NCBI GenBank assembly: GCA_965202665.1
Contig: OZ241841.1
Coordinates: 2,208,001-2,272,000, forward strand
DNA: 64,000 nt
Direction: 5' to 3'
Source: Candidatus Spongiisociaceae bacterium
GTDB lineage: Bacteria; Actinomycetota; Acidimicrobiia; Spongiisociales; Spongiisociaceae
Position 1 is the first letter of the stretch, and each line of letters starts with the position of its first letter. Positions 45,803 through 56,083 of the stretch are shown in pieces. The translations under genes and the position numbers were made by a program. The notes below the pieces were generated by a model. The model did not search any database, had not been told where the DNA came from, and saw only the letters and a program-made list of their open reading frames with translations.

Positions 45803-46329
45803 GTTAGGGTTGCGCTTACCGCTACCGGACCGCCCCATGGGAGCGGGCCGTCGGCGGAGCGGGGAATCCAACCCCGCCATCCTCCAGGGTGCGACTTATC
45901 CCCGGAACTCTGTCGGCGGTGCGTTACGCCGCCCGGCTAATTGAGATACCGCCGATCCCGCGCCGGGGCCATCTTAGCACGGTCGTTTTGATCCCCTCGC
46001 CGCTTCCGTCTTCGGGCGTCGGGTTGAGCCGCGAGGGGGGTGGGCCTCCATCCCCCGCCACCGCCCAGATTTCGGGTTAGGGGTGGTCTCCCCGCTCGGC
46101 GCCCCTTTTTGGCGGGGCGTTGGGGCGCGATGGACGGGTGGTTTTGGTTTGGGTCTGAAAGGCTGGCAAGGGTTTGCGGGTGTGTTCTGGGTGGTCGGGG
46201 AGGCGGGTTGCGGCCGGGGCGTGGGTGGGTTTTCCTGGGGTTGGGTTTGATTTCTTGTGTGTGGCCGGTGGGGGTGCTTGGTTTGTCCGGGCTTGGTGGT
46301 TGCGCTCTGGCGGGGATAGGTGGTCTGGA

Positions 46330-46630
46330 GGTGGGCCCGGAAGAACCTGGCCTGGACGGCTTTGCTCCGTCCGGGGAGCATAGCCAACGTCTGGACGGGC
46401 CGTACGCATAGTGAATTTCCTCTCAAACTCGGCGCGCCGTTCCACATGCGCGCCGCCGTACTCCCCGCCCTTAAACCGTCGCCGCACCCAAATCAGCACA
46501 GTATCCCGCTCCCGGGTCGGGAGATCCCGCACCCGCCGGCAACCCGTCCCGCACACTGGGCAAACTGACCACCCCTCAACCATCCCCACCCGCAACATCA
46601 GCATCCCCGCGCCGTCTTCCACCGCCCAAT
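46330..46630 (-). pseudogene. ISL3-family transposase fragment (5' zinc-finger part)
   Basis: VCPVCGT, RVRDLP, VLIWVRRRF in the minus frame; boundaries approximate. Confidence 0.6.
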
Positions 46631-46785
46631 CACCAATCGCGAAGACCCGGATTGTTTGTTTGAGCGTTGTAGTGTTTGGCGGAGCTATGAGCGGGAGGTT
46701 GGTCTTGAGGCGGGGCGGGGTTGGTTTTCGGGGGCGGGGGTTCGCCGGTCGGCGCGGGGGGGCCGCGGTTCGGGGGGCTGGAGGA

Positions 46786-47526
46786 ATGTTTTTGGCGTTG
46801 GCGTTGGCCGCGGTTGCCGCTGGCGTCGCCGGGTGCGGGGCGGGAGATGACGGGCGGAGGGAGGTGCTGGTGGCGGCCGCTTCTTCCCTGGGCGGGGCTT
46901 TTACGGAGATGGCGGCCGAATTTGAGCGGGCCCATCCGGGAGTGGAAGTGACGCTCAACTTGGCCGGGTCGGGACTGTTGCGGGAGCAGATACTGGCCGG
47001 AGCCCCGGCGGATGTGTTCGCCCCGGCCGACCTGTCCGCCATGGAGGCGGTGGCCGGGGCGGGGCGGTTGGCCGGGGAAAGCCGGGTGTTCGCCCGCAAC
47101 CGGCTGACCGTGGCGGTCCCGGACGGCAACCCGGCCGGAGTTTCCGGTTTGTCCGACCTGGCCCGCCCGGAGCTTCTGGTCGGATTGTGCGACCCGGCGG
47201 TTCCCTGCGGCGAATACGCCCGGCAAGCCCTGGAAGCGGCGGGGACGACGGCGGCGGCCGACACCCGGGAACCGAACGTCCGCGCCCTGCTCACCAAAAT
47301 AGCCGCCGGGGAGTTGGACGCCGGTATCGTCTATGCCACCGATGCGGCGGCGGAACAGGGAGTGGAGGCGGTGAAAATACCCGACGGGTTCAACCGGACG
47401 GCGGAATATCCGATTGCGGTGGTGCGGGGGGCCTCCCATCCGGCGGAAGCGGAGGCCTTTGCGGAATTCGTCCTGTCCGAGGCGGGCCGCCGCCTGCTGG
47501 CCGGACACGGGTTTCTCCTCCCATGA
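46786..47526 (+). CDS. modA: Molybdate ABC transporter substrate-binding lipoprotein
   Basis: Lipobox VAGC, AAASSL, GAPADVFAPAD, VPCGEYA, DAGIVYATD; alternative ATG at 46687. Confidence 0.92.
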   Translation: MFLALALAAVAAGVAGCGAGDDGRREVLVAAASSLGGAFTEMAAEFERAHPGVEVTLNLAGSGLLREQILAGAPADVFAPADLSAMEAVAGAGRLAGESRVFARNRLTVAVPDGNPAGVSGLSDLARPELLVGLCDPAVPCGEYARQALEAAGTTAAADTREPNVRALLTKIAAGELDAGIVYATDAAAEQGVEAVKIPDGFNRTAEYPIAVVRGASHPAEAEAFAEFVLSEAGRRLLAGHGFLLP

Positions 47527-48347
47527 GGATCAGGTTCGCCGCCCGGCGGACGCCCCCCGCCCGCATCCGCCCCCGGCCGCCGGTTGCGATAGCGGTTTTG
47601 GCGGCGGCCGGGTTGGCGCTGTTCGCGGTTCCGATTTTGGGGTTGTTGTTCCGCGCCCCGTGGCGGAACCTGCCGTCGTTGATGTTCACCGGGACGGCGG
47701 GGGAGGCCCTGCGGCTGTCGCTCACGGCCTCCCTGGCGGCGGCCGGGGTTTCGCTGGCGCTGGGGGTTCCTTTGGCGTGGGCGCTGGCCCGGTTGGACTT
47801 CCCCGGCCGGGCGGCGGTGCGGGGGCTGGTCCTGTTGCCGTTGGTGCTTCCCCCGGTGGTGGGGGGCGCCGCCCTGCTGTTCGCCCTGGGGCGCGGAGGG
47901 TGGCTGGGGGAACCGCTGTTCCGGGCCGCCGGCCTGGTCCTGCCCTATTCCATGTGGGGGGTGGTCATCGCCGGATCGTTCGTTTCCATGCCGCTGATGG
48001 TGATAACCGTAGAAGGCGCCCTGACCAACCTGGATCCCCGTTTCGAGCAGGCGGCGGCGTCCCTGGGGGCGGGGAGGTGGACGGTTCTGCGCCGGGTCAC
48101 CCTGCCCATGATCGCCCCGGCGGTGATGGCCGGGCTGGCCCTGACCTGGGCCCGGGCGCTGGGCGAATTCGGGGCCACCATCACCTTCGCCGGGAGCCTG
48201 CCGGGGCGCACTCGCACCCTGCCGTTGGCGGTCTACACCGCTTTGGAATCCGACCGGGAGGCGGCGGTGGCCCTCAGCCTGCTGATGGCGGCGGTGTCGT
48301 TGGCGGTGCTGATTTTGCTGCGCGACCGATGGTGGAGGACCCGGTGA
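47523..48347 (+). CDS. modB: Molybdate ABC transporter permease
   Basis: LPLVLPPVVGG, ARALGEFGATITFAGS; ATGA overlap. Confidence 0.94.
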   Translation: MRIRFAARRTPPARIRPRPPVAIAVLAAAGLALFAVPILGLLFRAPWRNLPSLMFTGTAGEALRLSLTASLAAAGVSLALGVPLAWALARLDFPGRAAVRGLVLLPLVLPPVVGGAALLFALGRGGWLGEPLFRAAGLVLPYSMWGVVIAGSFVSMPLMVITVEGALTNLDPRFEQAAASLGAGRWTVLRRVTLPMIAPAVMAGLALTWARALGEFGATITFAGSLPGRTRTLPLAVYTALESDREAAVALSLLMAAVSLAVLILLRDRWWRTR

Positions 48348-49399
48348 ATCCGGGACTGGAAGCCCGCATGACGCTGGCCCGGGGGGAGTTTTCCCTGCAA
48401 GCGGAGATGACGATCGCGGCCGGGGAAACTTTGGCGCTGCTGGGGCCGAACGGGGCGGGCAAGTCGACGGCGGCGGAAGCCTTGGCGGGCCTGCTGGCTT
48501 TGCAACGGGGGAGCATAACCTTGGGGGGGCGGGTGCTGGACGATCCGGAGCGGGGGGTGCTGGTGGCCCCGGAGCGGCGGCGGGTGGGGGTGGTTTTCCA
48601 GGATTTGGCCCTTTTCCCCCACTTGGACGTGCTGGAAAACACGGCTTTCGGGTTGCGGGCGCAGGGGGCGTCGCGCATGGCGGCCCGCCGGTTGGCGGGG
48701 GAGCGGCTGGAGCAAGTGGGATTGGGGGGGCTGGCCGCCCGCCGCCCCCGGGAACTGTCGGGCGGCCAGGCGCAACGGGCGGCGCTGGCCCGGGCTTTGG
48801 CCGCCCGGCCGGAAATGTTGATTTTGGACGAGCCGTTGGCGGCCCTGGATGCGACCGTCCGTGCCGAAACCCGCCGCATGCTGGCCTCCTACCTGGCGGA
48901 ATTCCCCGGCCCGCGGCTGGTGATCACCCACGACCCGGCCGAGGCTTTTCTGCTGGCCGACCGGGTGGCGATTCTGGAAGGGGGGAGAATCAGCCAGGAA
49001 GGCGACCCCGACCAGATCCGGTTGCGCCCCCGCACCAAATACGCGGCCGACCTGGCCGGAGTGAACCTGCTGGCGGGCCGGGTTTCGGAAGGGGTGTTGG
49101 AAGTCGGCGGATTCCGGCTGGCGGTGCCGGAAGGGGTGCGGGGCCCGGCGGCGGCGGTCATACATCCCCGGGCCATTTCCCTGCATGTGGCGCGGCCCGC
49201 GGGCAGCCCCCGCAATGTGTGGCGGACGGCGATCGAACGCATCGAACGTTACGGCGATTTGGCCCGGGTGCGCACCGGGGAGCCCCTGCCCCTCACCGCC
49301 GAAGTGACCGCCGGGGCCCTGTCCTCCCTGGCGGTGGAAGAAGGCTCCCCGGTGTGGCTGTCCCTGAAAGCCACCGAAATCACGCTCCAGTCCCGTTAG
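48344..49399 (+). CDS. modC: Molybdate ABC transporter ATPase with TOBE domain
   Basis: GPNGAGKST, LSGGQAQR, LDEP, GSPRN...VWLSLKATE. Confidence 0.9.
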   Translation: MNPGLEARMTLARGEFSLQAEMTIAAGETLALLGPNGAGKSTAAEALAGLLALQRGSITLGGRVLDDPERGVLVAPERRRVGVVFQDLALFPHLDVLENTAFGLRAQGASRMAARRLAGERLEQVGLGGLAARRPRELSGGQAQRAALARALAARPEMLILDEPLAALDATVRAETRRMLASYLAEFPGPRLVITHDPAEAFLLADRVAILEGGRISQEGDPDQIRLRPRTKYAADLAGVNLLAGRVSEGVLEVGGFRLAVPEGVRGPAAAVIHPRAISLHVARPAGSPRNVWRTAIERIERYGDLARVRTGEPLPLTAEVTAGALSSLAVEEGSPVWLSLKATEITLQSR

Positions 49400-49419
49400 T
49401 TTGCTCTTCGGCTTTGAAA

Positions 49420-49890
49420 GGGATTAGGGGGTTGCGGTGCGGGGAATGCGGGGGCGGGCTATGGCTCGGTGGGCGACGGGGGGCGGACGGTGTCGGAAGT
49501 GGCGGAGCTGGGTTGCTATTGGCATACGGTGTCCAAGGAGATGGACCGGTGGGGTGAGGCCTTGTTGGAATCTGACCGGGATCGGGTGGGGGCGGCGGAG
49601 GCTTTGGGGTTGGATGGAACCCTGTTCATCCGCCAAGGTCCCGTCGCCGTCGGACGCGGATGACTTCGGCGGTGGACATTAGCAACAGTAGGCTGATCGA
49701 TGTTTTCCCAGGTAAAACGGCTGAAGAAGCCGCCGGTGACTACTGGGCCAACCGGCCTGGTGGCGGGAGAACATAAAATGGGCGACGCTTGACCTGTCCG
49801 AGGCTTACCGGGCCGCCTGCAACCAGGCGCTGTCCCGGGCCGTTCAGAACGCCGATCCGTTCCACATCGTCCATCTAGCCAACCAGTACG
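49420..49890 (+). pseudogene. ISL3-family transposase fragment (degenerate middle part)
   Basis: RTVSEVA..WHTV, ALGLDGTLF, then TLDLSEAYRAA and DPFHIVHLAN in shifted frames. Confidence 0.7.
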
Positions 49891-49971
49891 GGAATCTACA
49901 AAATCGCCCACCCCCGAGAAGGCGGCGAATACACCCAACTGCTCGTCGCCGACCTCAATCCGCGGGTGCGT

Positions 49972-51762
49972 CTAATAGAGGGCGAGGATGCGGGCGAAAA
50001 AAGAGGCCATCTGGGCGCGGGTTACCGGCTGGGCGGGGCAGAAACGGAGAGGCGAAACCCCGCAACCGGAGGTGATCCCCATCCGGTACAGGGTTTCCGC
50101 CGCCAAAGTGGCTTCCACCGTCGCATCCCCGGTGTCGGCGAACAGGTTGCCCGGTTGCTCCGCTACCTCTATTTTTTGGAAGGTTTCGGACAGCATCAGG
50201 GCCATGTCCGCCCGACTCACCGTTTCGTCGGGGTGAAACAGGCCGCCGGCCACCGTCATGCCCCCCCACGACGCCGCCCATTCCGCGTACGGCCGGTACC
50301 AAGCGCCCTCCGGAACGTCGGTCATCTCGATCTTTCTCACCCCCAATCCGAGGGCGGCCCGGTCGGCGTGCCGCACCGCCCGGTGCAGGAAAGCGGCCAT
50401 CTGACTGCGGCGGATGGTCCGATCCGGGCAGAAATAATCCGCCCGGCACCCTTTCGTCACCCCCGCCTCGGCGATGGTTTCAATGCCGGTTTCGTGCACG
50501 CTTCCGTCGTCATCGCAAAAAGAACCCCGGTGCACGTCGTCGCATCCCCAGTCAATGTCGGATTCGGGGATGTTGCGGTCCCAAACCCGCACCACGTAGG
50601 CGTCGCCCACCCGTTGCCGCACCTGCAGCCACCAGTCGTCCAGTTCGAACCGGGGGCTTCCCGCCTGATGAACATGCCCGGTGGACGTCCAAGTTCCGCT
50701 CGAGCCGGAATACTGCTTGGTGCGCCGCCCCAGGCCCCAGCACCATTCCCCGATGGGGCTTCCGTTTTCGCATGAGCCGTATCTCGAATCGGGCGGGTCG
50801 TCGCCCTGCTGATTCACCAGATACACTTCCACGCCTTCGGCGGGGATGTTTTGGTCGTATTCGCCCCGCACCCGCACCCCCAATGTGTAGAACACCCCGG
50901 CCCCCTCGTAGGCGGGGATGACCAGCATCTGCACACCCCCGTCCCCCACCGGGCGGAGGGCGTAGCTTTCGTAACCCCGGTCGTGCACCGCCACCTGTTC
51001 GGGGGGGATCCACCCGGCGGCGTAGCGGTTGATGGCCGGGGTGCCCGTTTCCAGCCCGCCACTGCCCCCGCTCATCAGGTCCATCGGGTTGTCGTATTCG
51101 TCGGTGACGGTATGCCGCCAGTTGCTATTCGACGCCCTGTTTCTATCCCCGCTGTAGGAGTGGGGGAAAGACAGCACATGCCCCATTTCGTGGGCCACCA
51201 CCCCCACGCCGGAGGTGCCGCCCACCCAGGCCATGCCCCCCGTTATCCGCCGCGGCCACAACTTCCCGTACTCCGAACCCCACAGTAGGTCCGGGGCGGC
51301 CTCCCCGCCCCCGTAGCCGCTGGTGTCGACGATGAGGGCCGGATGGCCGCGGGCGGTTTCATCCCGAACCGCCTGTTCCCGGCACCGTTCCCGCTGTTGC
51401 GGCCCGTCGGTGATGCCGGGGGCGTTCAGGATGCGCTGGCCGACGAACACCGGGCGGTATTTTCCCTGCGACAGCCACACGAAGTAGGGGGTGACCTGCT
51501 TGTTGTAGATGCGGGCGTATTCGGAGGGGTGGCGCAGTTCCGAACCCGACCCGCCCCGGGCCACATCGCACACCCACACGTGCCATTCCTGGGTTCCCAC
51601 CGTCCACCCGCGGATCACCTCCGCCCCGGCTACCAAGCCGTGCGGGTCGTCGAAGGCCCGCCTTTGGGCTTCCTCCGACTGCCCGGCGGCCCCCGGCCCG
51701 GCGAAGGCCGCCGCCGCCAAAGCCAGCATCAACGTTGCCGTTATTCTGGTTCGCATTCGCAT
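49972..51762 (-). CDS. Secreted zinc metallopeptidase (HExxH) with C-terminal SLH domains
   Basis: Signal peptide, VVAHEMGHVLSFPH...DLMS Met-turn, FCDDDGSVHE, RRSQMAAFL, VTRAQMASFF. Confidence 0.88.
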   Translation of the reverse strand: MRMRTRITATLMLALAAAAFAGPGAAGQSEEAQRRAFDDPHGLVAGAEVIRGWTVGTQEWHVWVCDVARGGSGSELRHPSEYARIYNKQVTPYFVWLSQGKYRPVFVGQRILNAPGITDGPQQRERCREQAVRDETARGHPALIVDTSGYGGGEAAPDLLWGSEYGKLWPRRITGGMAWVGGTSGVGVVAHEMGHVLSFPHSYSGDRNRASNSNWRHTVTDEYDNPMDLMSGGSGGLETGTPAINRYAAGWIPPEQVAVHDRGYESYALRPVGDGGVQMLVIPAYEGAGVFYTLGVRVRGEYDQNIPAEGVEVYLVNQQGDDPPDSRYGSCENGSPIGEWCWGLGRRTKQYSGSSGTWTSTGHVHQAGSPRFELDDWWLQVRQRVGDAYVVRVWDRNIPESDIDWGCDDVHRGSFCDDDGSVHETGIETIAEAGVTKGCRADYFCPDRTIRRSQMAAFLHRAVRHADRAALGLGVRKIEMTDVPEGAWYRPYAEWAASWGGMTVAGGLFHPDETVSRADMALMLSETFQKIEVAEQPGNLFADTGDATVEATLAAETLYRMGITSGCGVSPLRFCPAQPVTRAQMASFFARILALY

Positions 51763-51843
51763 GGGGGCTAAAAATACATATTCCCTGTGACAAAAAAGGC
51801 GGGGCGGGGGAAAACCCCTGATTGCGCCCCCCGAACTTGGGAT

Positions 51844-52194
51844 TCAGACGCGGGTGGTCAGTTCATACTCCATGCCCCGGCGCCGGCACCACTCTTCGGC
51901 CGCGCTCCGTTTGCGCAGCACGGAAGGGGAGTCCATCTTGTCGGAGCCTTTGACTTCGATGATCGCCAAGCGCCCGTCGGCGTATTCCACCAAAAAGTCG
52001 GGCAGGTAACGATGGCGGCGGCCGTTTTCGTCGATCCAGGTGATGGAAACGTCGTGCCGTTTCTGCCATTTGGCCACTTCCGGGTCGGCTTCCAACCTTT
52101 CCATCATCCGCCGTTCCAAGTCGCTGTCGTAAAACTCCAGGTTGAACGGGCTTTTGCGGGGGGCTTCGAACACGCCCCGTTTACTGATCGCCAT
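51844..52194 (-). CDS. Stand-alone PD-(D/E)xK nuclease (TnsA-N / type III Res C-terminal-like)
   Basis: DSDLERRMM, YLPDFLVEY...IIEVKG, KRSAAEEWC. Confidence 0.85.
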   Translation of the reverse strand: MAISKRGVFEAPRKSPFNLEFYDSDLERRMMERLEADPEVAKWQKRHDVSITWIDENGRRHRYLPDFLVEYADGRLAIIEVKGSDKMDSPSVLRKRSAAEEWCRRRGMEYELTTRV

Positions 52195-54223
52195 ATTTCA
52201 CCATCCCTTCCACCAGGCCGGATTTTTCCGTGATCTGTTTTTCAACCAGGGGGATCATCCTCCGGGCGGCTTCCAGGCGGTGCCGTTCCGCCAGCCCCAA
52301 AGAAGCCCCGTCCAAGAACTGGGAGCGGACATGGCTGAGGAGAATCCGATATATTTGGCCGGTGAACTGGGCGGTGTGCCCGGCGTGGAGCAGCAAACTT
52401 TCCGCCATTTCCAACAGTTCGGTTTTTACGGCCTCCGCCAAATCCTCGTCCTCTAAATCGTCCAGAGCGTCCAAGGCCTCTAAAGCGTCTGTTACGGGAC
52501 CGGCCTGCTCCGGGTCGGGTGCGGATTTGACGGTGCGCCAGCCCTCCGAATCCAGTTGCCTTTCATCCACCCCGGTTATTTCCTGGTCGGTGATGGTGAT
52601 GGTCTGGGCCGGATATTCCAGCCCGTCCAGAACCTCCCGCCAGTTGCGCAACGGCTCGGGGATGGGGCTGTTGATATCCACGGTTATGTCTTCGTCGTCT
52701 TCAAAGTCGGGGACGGGGACGACGATGATGTTTTGCGGGTTGACCAGGTACTGGCGCATTCGGACCGTGGGCAGATCCTCGGTTTCTTCGAACTCATCGT
52801 CCAAACCCACGTTGTCCCGTATCGCGCTGTCGAAAATTTTCCACAGCCACTGATGTTCCAGTTTCGGATGGTCCACCACCGCGCAGATTTGCGGTTCGTC
52901 CTCCGCCACCTCGCGGTTGCGCACCCGTCGCAGGCCCCGGCCGATGACCTGTTGCCCGTACACTTTGCTGGAAAACTTGCGCAGGAGCAGAATAACCCCC
53001 ACCTCCGGCACGTCCCACCCTTCCCGCAACATCAGCACGCTCACCACCGCCTTATAAGGTTTCCCCGCCCGGCGGGCGTTTTGCAAGTCGGCGGCTTGGC
53101 GCCGTTCCGCGTCGCTGCTTTCCTCCGTAATCAGCAACGCGTTGACCTTGAAGTAGTTGTTGAGGGTTTTGGCGGCGTGTTGGGCGTCCAGTTTGCTCAC
53201 CGCCACCACGAACAAGATCGGCTGGTAACGGCCTTTCGCCCGCCGTTCCTGCTCTTTCAGGCGCCGGAGGGCGATCTGCATCTGCTGGCGCATCGGCTTG
53301 TCGTCGGTCACCCACTGCGCGGGGCTGATGCCTTTGCGTTCCACCTCCTCCCAGTCGATTTCCTCCACGCGGCGGGTTTCCCCGGTGTTGCGGTCGGTGT
53401 AGGTGAGTTCCACGGTGGCGATGTTCGGCTGATACACCACCGGGGTTTTCACCAGCCGGTCGGCCAGCGCGTCTTGGATTAGATATTCGTAGATCATTTT
53501 GCTGTCCGGCTGTCCGCCGTCCGCCCGGTCGGGGGTGGCGGTGGTGTCCACCCGCAGAATGATGTGCTCCCGCAGGGTTTGCAAAGTGTTGTCCCATTCC
53601 GGGGCGGGGGAGTTGTGGGCTTCGTCGTTGAACAGGGCGAACCGTTCGCCGTTGCGCAGGTGGGCCAGGTGGGCCTGCCCGGTTTTGCTACTGGCGTAGA
53701 ACTGGTGGATGTTGCCCAAAATGACCGTCGAACCCAGCAGGTTCGTCCACCCTCCCGGCCGGTCGCTGCCCAACGTGGTGAGGGCGAAGTCGTCCCGGTC
53801 GATGACCGAATCGGGCGGGATCAAATCCCGGTCCGCGAACACCCGTCCGTTCGCGAAGTCGTCTTCCAAGCGGTCCCGCACGATCAGGTTGGGGCACAGG
53901 AGGACGAACCGCTGAATGTCGTGGGCGGTGCGCAACCAGGCCATAATCGCCGCGATGACGGCCGTCTTGCCGCCTCCGGTCACCACGTTCAGCAGGAGGC
54001 CGTCCGGTTGCGCCAAATCGCCGCGGCGGATTTCATGGGAGAAGACGACCCGCAGCAGGGAATCCCACTGATGGGGCCACAGGGTTCCCTCCCGGGGTTC
54101 GGTTTCGTCAAGCGGGTCGCTCAGGTGGTGCAGGTAATCCAAAGTTTCCGGGCGGGCGCCGGGGTAGCCGCCTTTCACCCAGTTTTGAAACTCTTCTTCG
54201 TAACGGCTGAACTGGTTGAGCAT
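52181..54223 (-). CDS. Type III restriction Res-like DEAH helicase/ATPase lacking a nuclease domain
   Basis: LWPHQ, VTGGGKT, NDEAHN, TATP, SVLMLREGWDV, QVIGRGLRR. Confidence 0.9.
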   Translation of the reverse strand: MLNQFSRYEEEFQNWVKGGYPGARPETLDYLHHLSDPLDETEPREGTLWPHQWDSLLRVVFSHEIRRGDLAQPDGLLLNVVTGGGKTAVIAAIMAWLRTAHDIQRFVLLCPNLIVRDRLEDDFANGRVFADRDLIPPDSVIDRDDFALTTLGSDRPGGWTNLLGSTVILGNIHQFYASSKTGQAHLAHLRNGERFALFNDEAHNSPAPEWDNTLQTLREHIILRVDTTATPDRADGGQPDSKMIYEYLIQDALADRLVKTPVVYQPNIATVELTYTDRNTGETRRVEEIDWEEVERKGISPAQWVTDDKPMRQQMQIALRRLKEQERRAKGRYQPILFVVAVSKLDAQHAAKTLNNYFKVNALLITEESSDAERRQAADLQNARRAGKPYKAVVSVLMLREGWDVPEVGVILLLRKFSSKVYGQQVIGRGLRRVRNREVAEDEPQICAVVDHPKLEHQWLWKIFDSAIRDNVGLDDEFEETEDLPTVRMRQYLVNPQNIIVVPVPDFEDDEDITVDINSPIPEPLRNWREVLDGLEYPAQTITITDQEITGVDERQLDSEGWRTVKSAPDPEQAGPVTDALEALDALDDLEDEDLAEAVKTELLEMAESLLLHAGHTAQFTGQIYRILLSHVRSQFLDGASLGLAERHRLEAARRMIPLVEKQITEKSGLVEGMVKYGDQ

Positions 54224-54235
54224 GGTTACGGCGTC

Positions 54236-56010
54236 CTACTGCACGTCCAGCGCGCCGGTCCACATGCCTTCGCCTCCCATGCTGTCTTGCACGCGACAGG
54301 CGACTTGGTAGCGGCGGGCTGTGTTGAACTTGTGGGTTACCCGCAGGGATTTCTTCTTGTCCCGTTGAAACGAATAACCGGGGGTGGCCGTGAAACGTTC
54401 CCCGTTGTGGTCGAAATCCCATTGCACGTTGATGATTTCCGCTCCCGGGTTGACCACCGCCGACTCGCTGGCGTCGAAGGTGACGCATTTGCCGCCCAGC
54501 GTTTTCCAGCCGACGCTCACCACCGGCGGCCGCACGAAAGTCAGAAAATCGCGATAGTCGGCCCGTTCGGTGGAATGCTTGGTGATGTGCGCCCGGAACC
54601 GGTCGTCGTCGATACTTATCTGGGCCAGGCTGACAAAGTTGACATCAATTTTTTCCCGTTCCCGCAGTTGTTTAGCCGCTTCCACCGCGTCGGGTCGAAA
54701 CCCCCAAGCCAGCATCTCCCCGTTACGCAAATGAGAATGTTTATACTGTTCGGTACGCAGAATGGCGTTGGCAAAATCCTGCACATCTTGGGCGGTAGCC
54801 TGGGAAACCAGTTCCGGCGAGCCGACCCAAATAGGCATTTGGTTGCGCCACCCGTGAATGTTCCCCGAATTTTCCCTCCGGGTAGCCCCGTAACAAGTAA
54901 GCGTAAACTCCCGAAAGTCACTTTCCGGTATCCCCGAAAGTTTTTCCGCCTCGTAGATACCCCATTGTTCTACTGTAAAATCAAGCCGCGGTTCTTCCCC
55001 AAGTTCCAAAGTCATAGACTCTTGTTTTAGTCTCTCAGCAGTAACCGCAATGGCAACCCGCGATTGGTCACAAGATATATAACGTCTCCCTAATTGTTGT
55101 GCAACAACAGCTGTAGTGCCGCCTCCTATGAAGGCATCAAGAACAACATCTCCTTTATAACTTGAAGATTTTATAATACGCTCTAACAGAGACTCAGGTT
55201 TTTGTGTCGGGTATCCAACCCTTTCTTTAGAGACATTTATTATAGGCTTTATGTTATCCCACACATCCCTGATATAAACGTCGGCATAATATTTACCTTC
55301 CTCATCAATTTGTTCAGTAAAAAAGGGCTGTTCGTAATAAATTCGCTCCTGAATAGGTTGATGAATGTAGTTATCAGATTTTACATATAATAGTAAAATA
55401 TCATGTTTACGAGGCCAGTGTCTTTTACTTACACCACCGGTTCTATATGTCCAAACAATCTCATTCCGAAAATTATCATGTCCGAATATCTTATCCATTT
55501 CAACTTTTATATAGTGACTAGCATGCCAATCGCAGTGTAAATATATAGATCCTGTAGACTTTAGTATCCGTTTCATTTCGTAGAGGCGGGCATTTAGCCA
55601 GATCAAATAACCATCCAGGCCACCTTCCCAGATGTCTTCGAACGACCTCAACTCGTTTTTGTCGCCCCATATCTTATTATAGTTACGCCCGGAGAAGAAG
55701 GGAGGATCTATGTAAATCAGGTCTACTGTGTTGCTGGGGATGGATCTCATTATATGTAGATTGTCGCCCCATATGAGGCGGTTCGGTTGGTGGGGCTCTC
55801 GATTGCCGAGATGCACCCGCTCTACAATTTGGGTGGGTAGGTCAATTCGGGGGTAGAGCCTGTAAAACCCCGAACGCCGGTCCCAGCCCTTGGGCTCTGC
55901 CTCCGGAGGGATGCTCCCAAAACGGGCGGGAGCCCGGTAGAACTGCTCTTGCTCGGGAAGCGTTTCTACCGTTACGTTGTTTTGCGATGAATAGGGGGGG
56001 GGGGTTGCAT
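54236..56010 (-). CDS. Type III Mod-like beta-class adenine methyltransferase with C-terminal PKD-like domain; likely start is out of frame at a C11 tract
   Basis: LIWGDNL, LIYIDPPF, GYPTQKPESLLERII, VLDAFIGGGTT; VTFDASES...WDFD...ACRVQD tail. Confidence 0.88.
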
Positions 56011-56018
56011 ATTTGAAT

Positions 56019-56047
56019 ATTTTACCAAATCTGGGAAAAATTTCCAA
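56019..56047 (-). promoter_or_regulatory. Putative promoter of the mod operon
   Basis: TTGGAA-17 nt-TAAAAT with TG extension, 8 nt before ATG 56010. Confidence 0.6.
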
Positions 56048-56083
56048 ATCCGGGAAAAGGGCGGTGGGGGCAGTGAGGGGGTT

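Noticed and set aside
45810-46080. GC-rich intergenic stretch as a Moco riboswitch or ncRNA
   Set aside because: Could not match conserved motifs by eye, and it is separated from modA by IS debris; an Rfam/Infernal scan would decide.
51844-52194. TnsA-like ORF as evidence of a Tn7 transposon
   Set aside because: No tnsB/C/D or Tn7 ends; coupling to mod-res fits a restriction nuclease.
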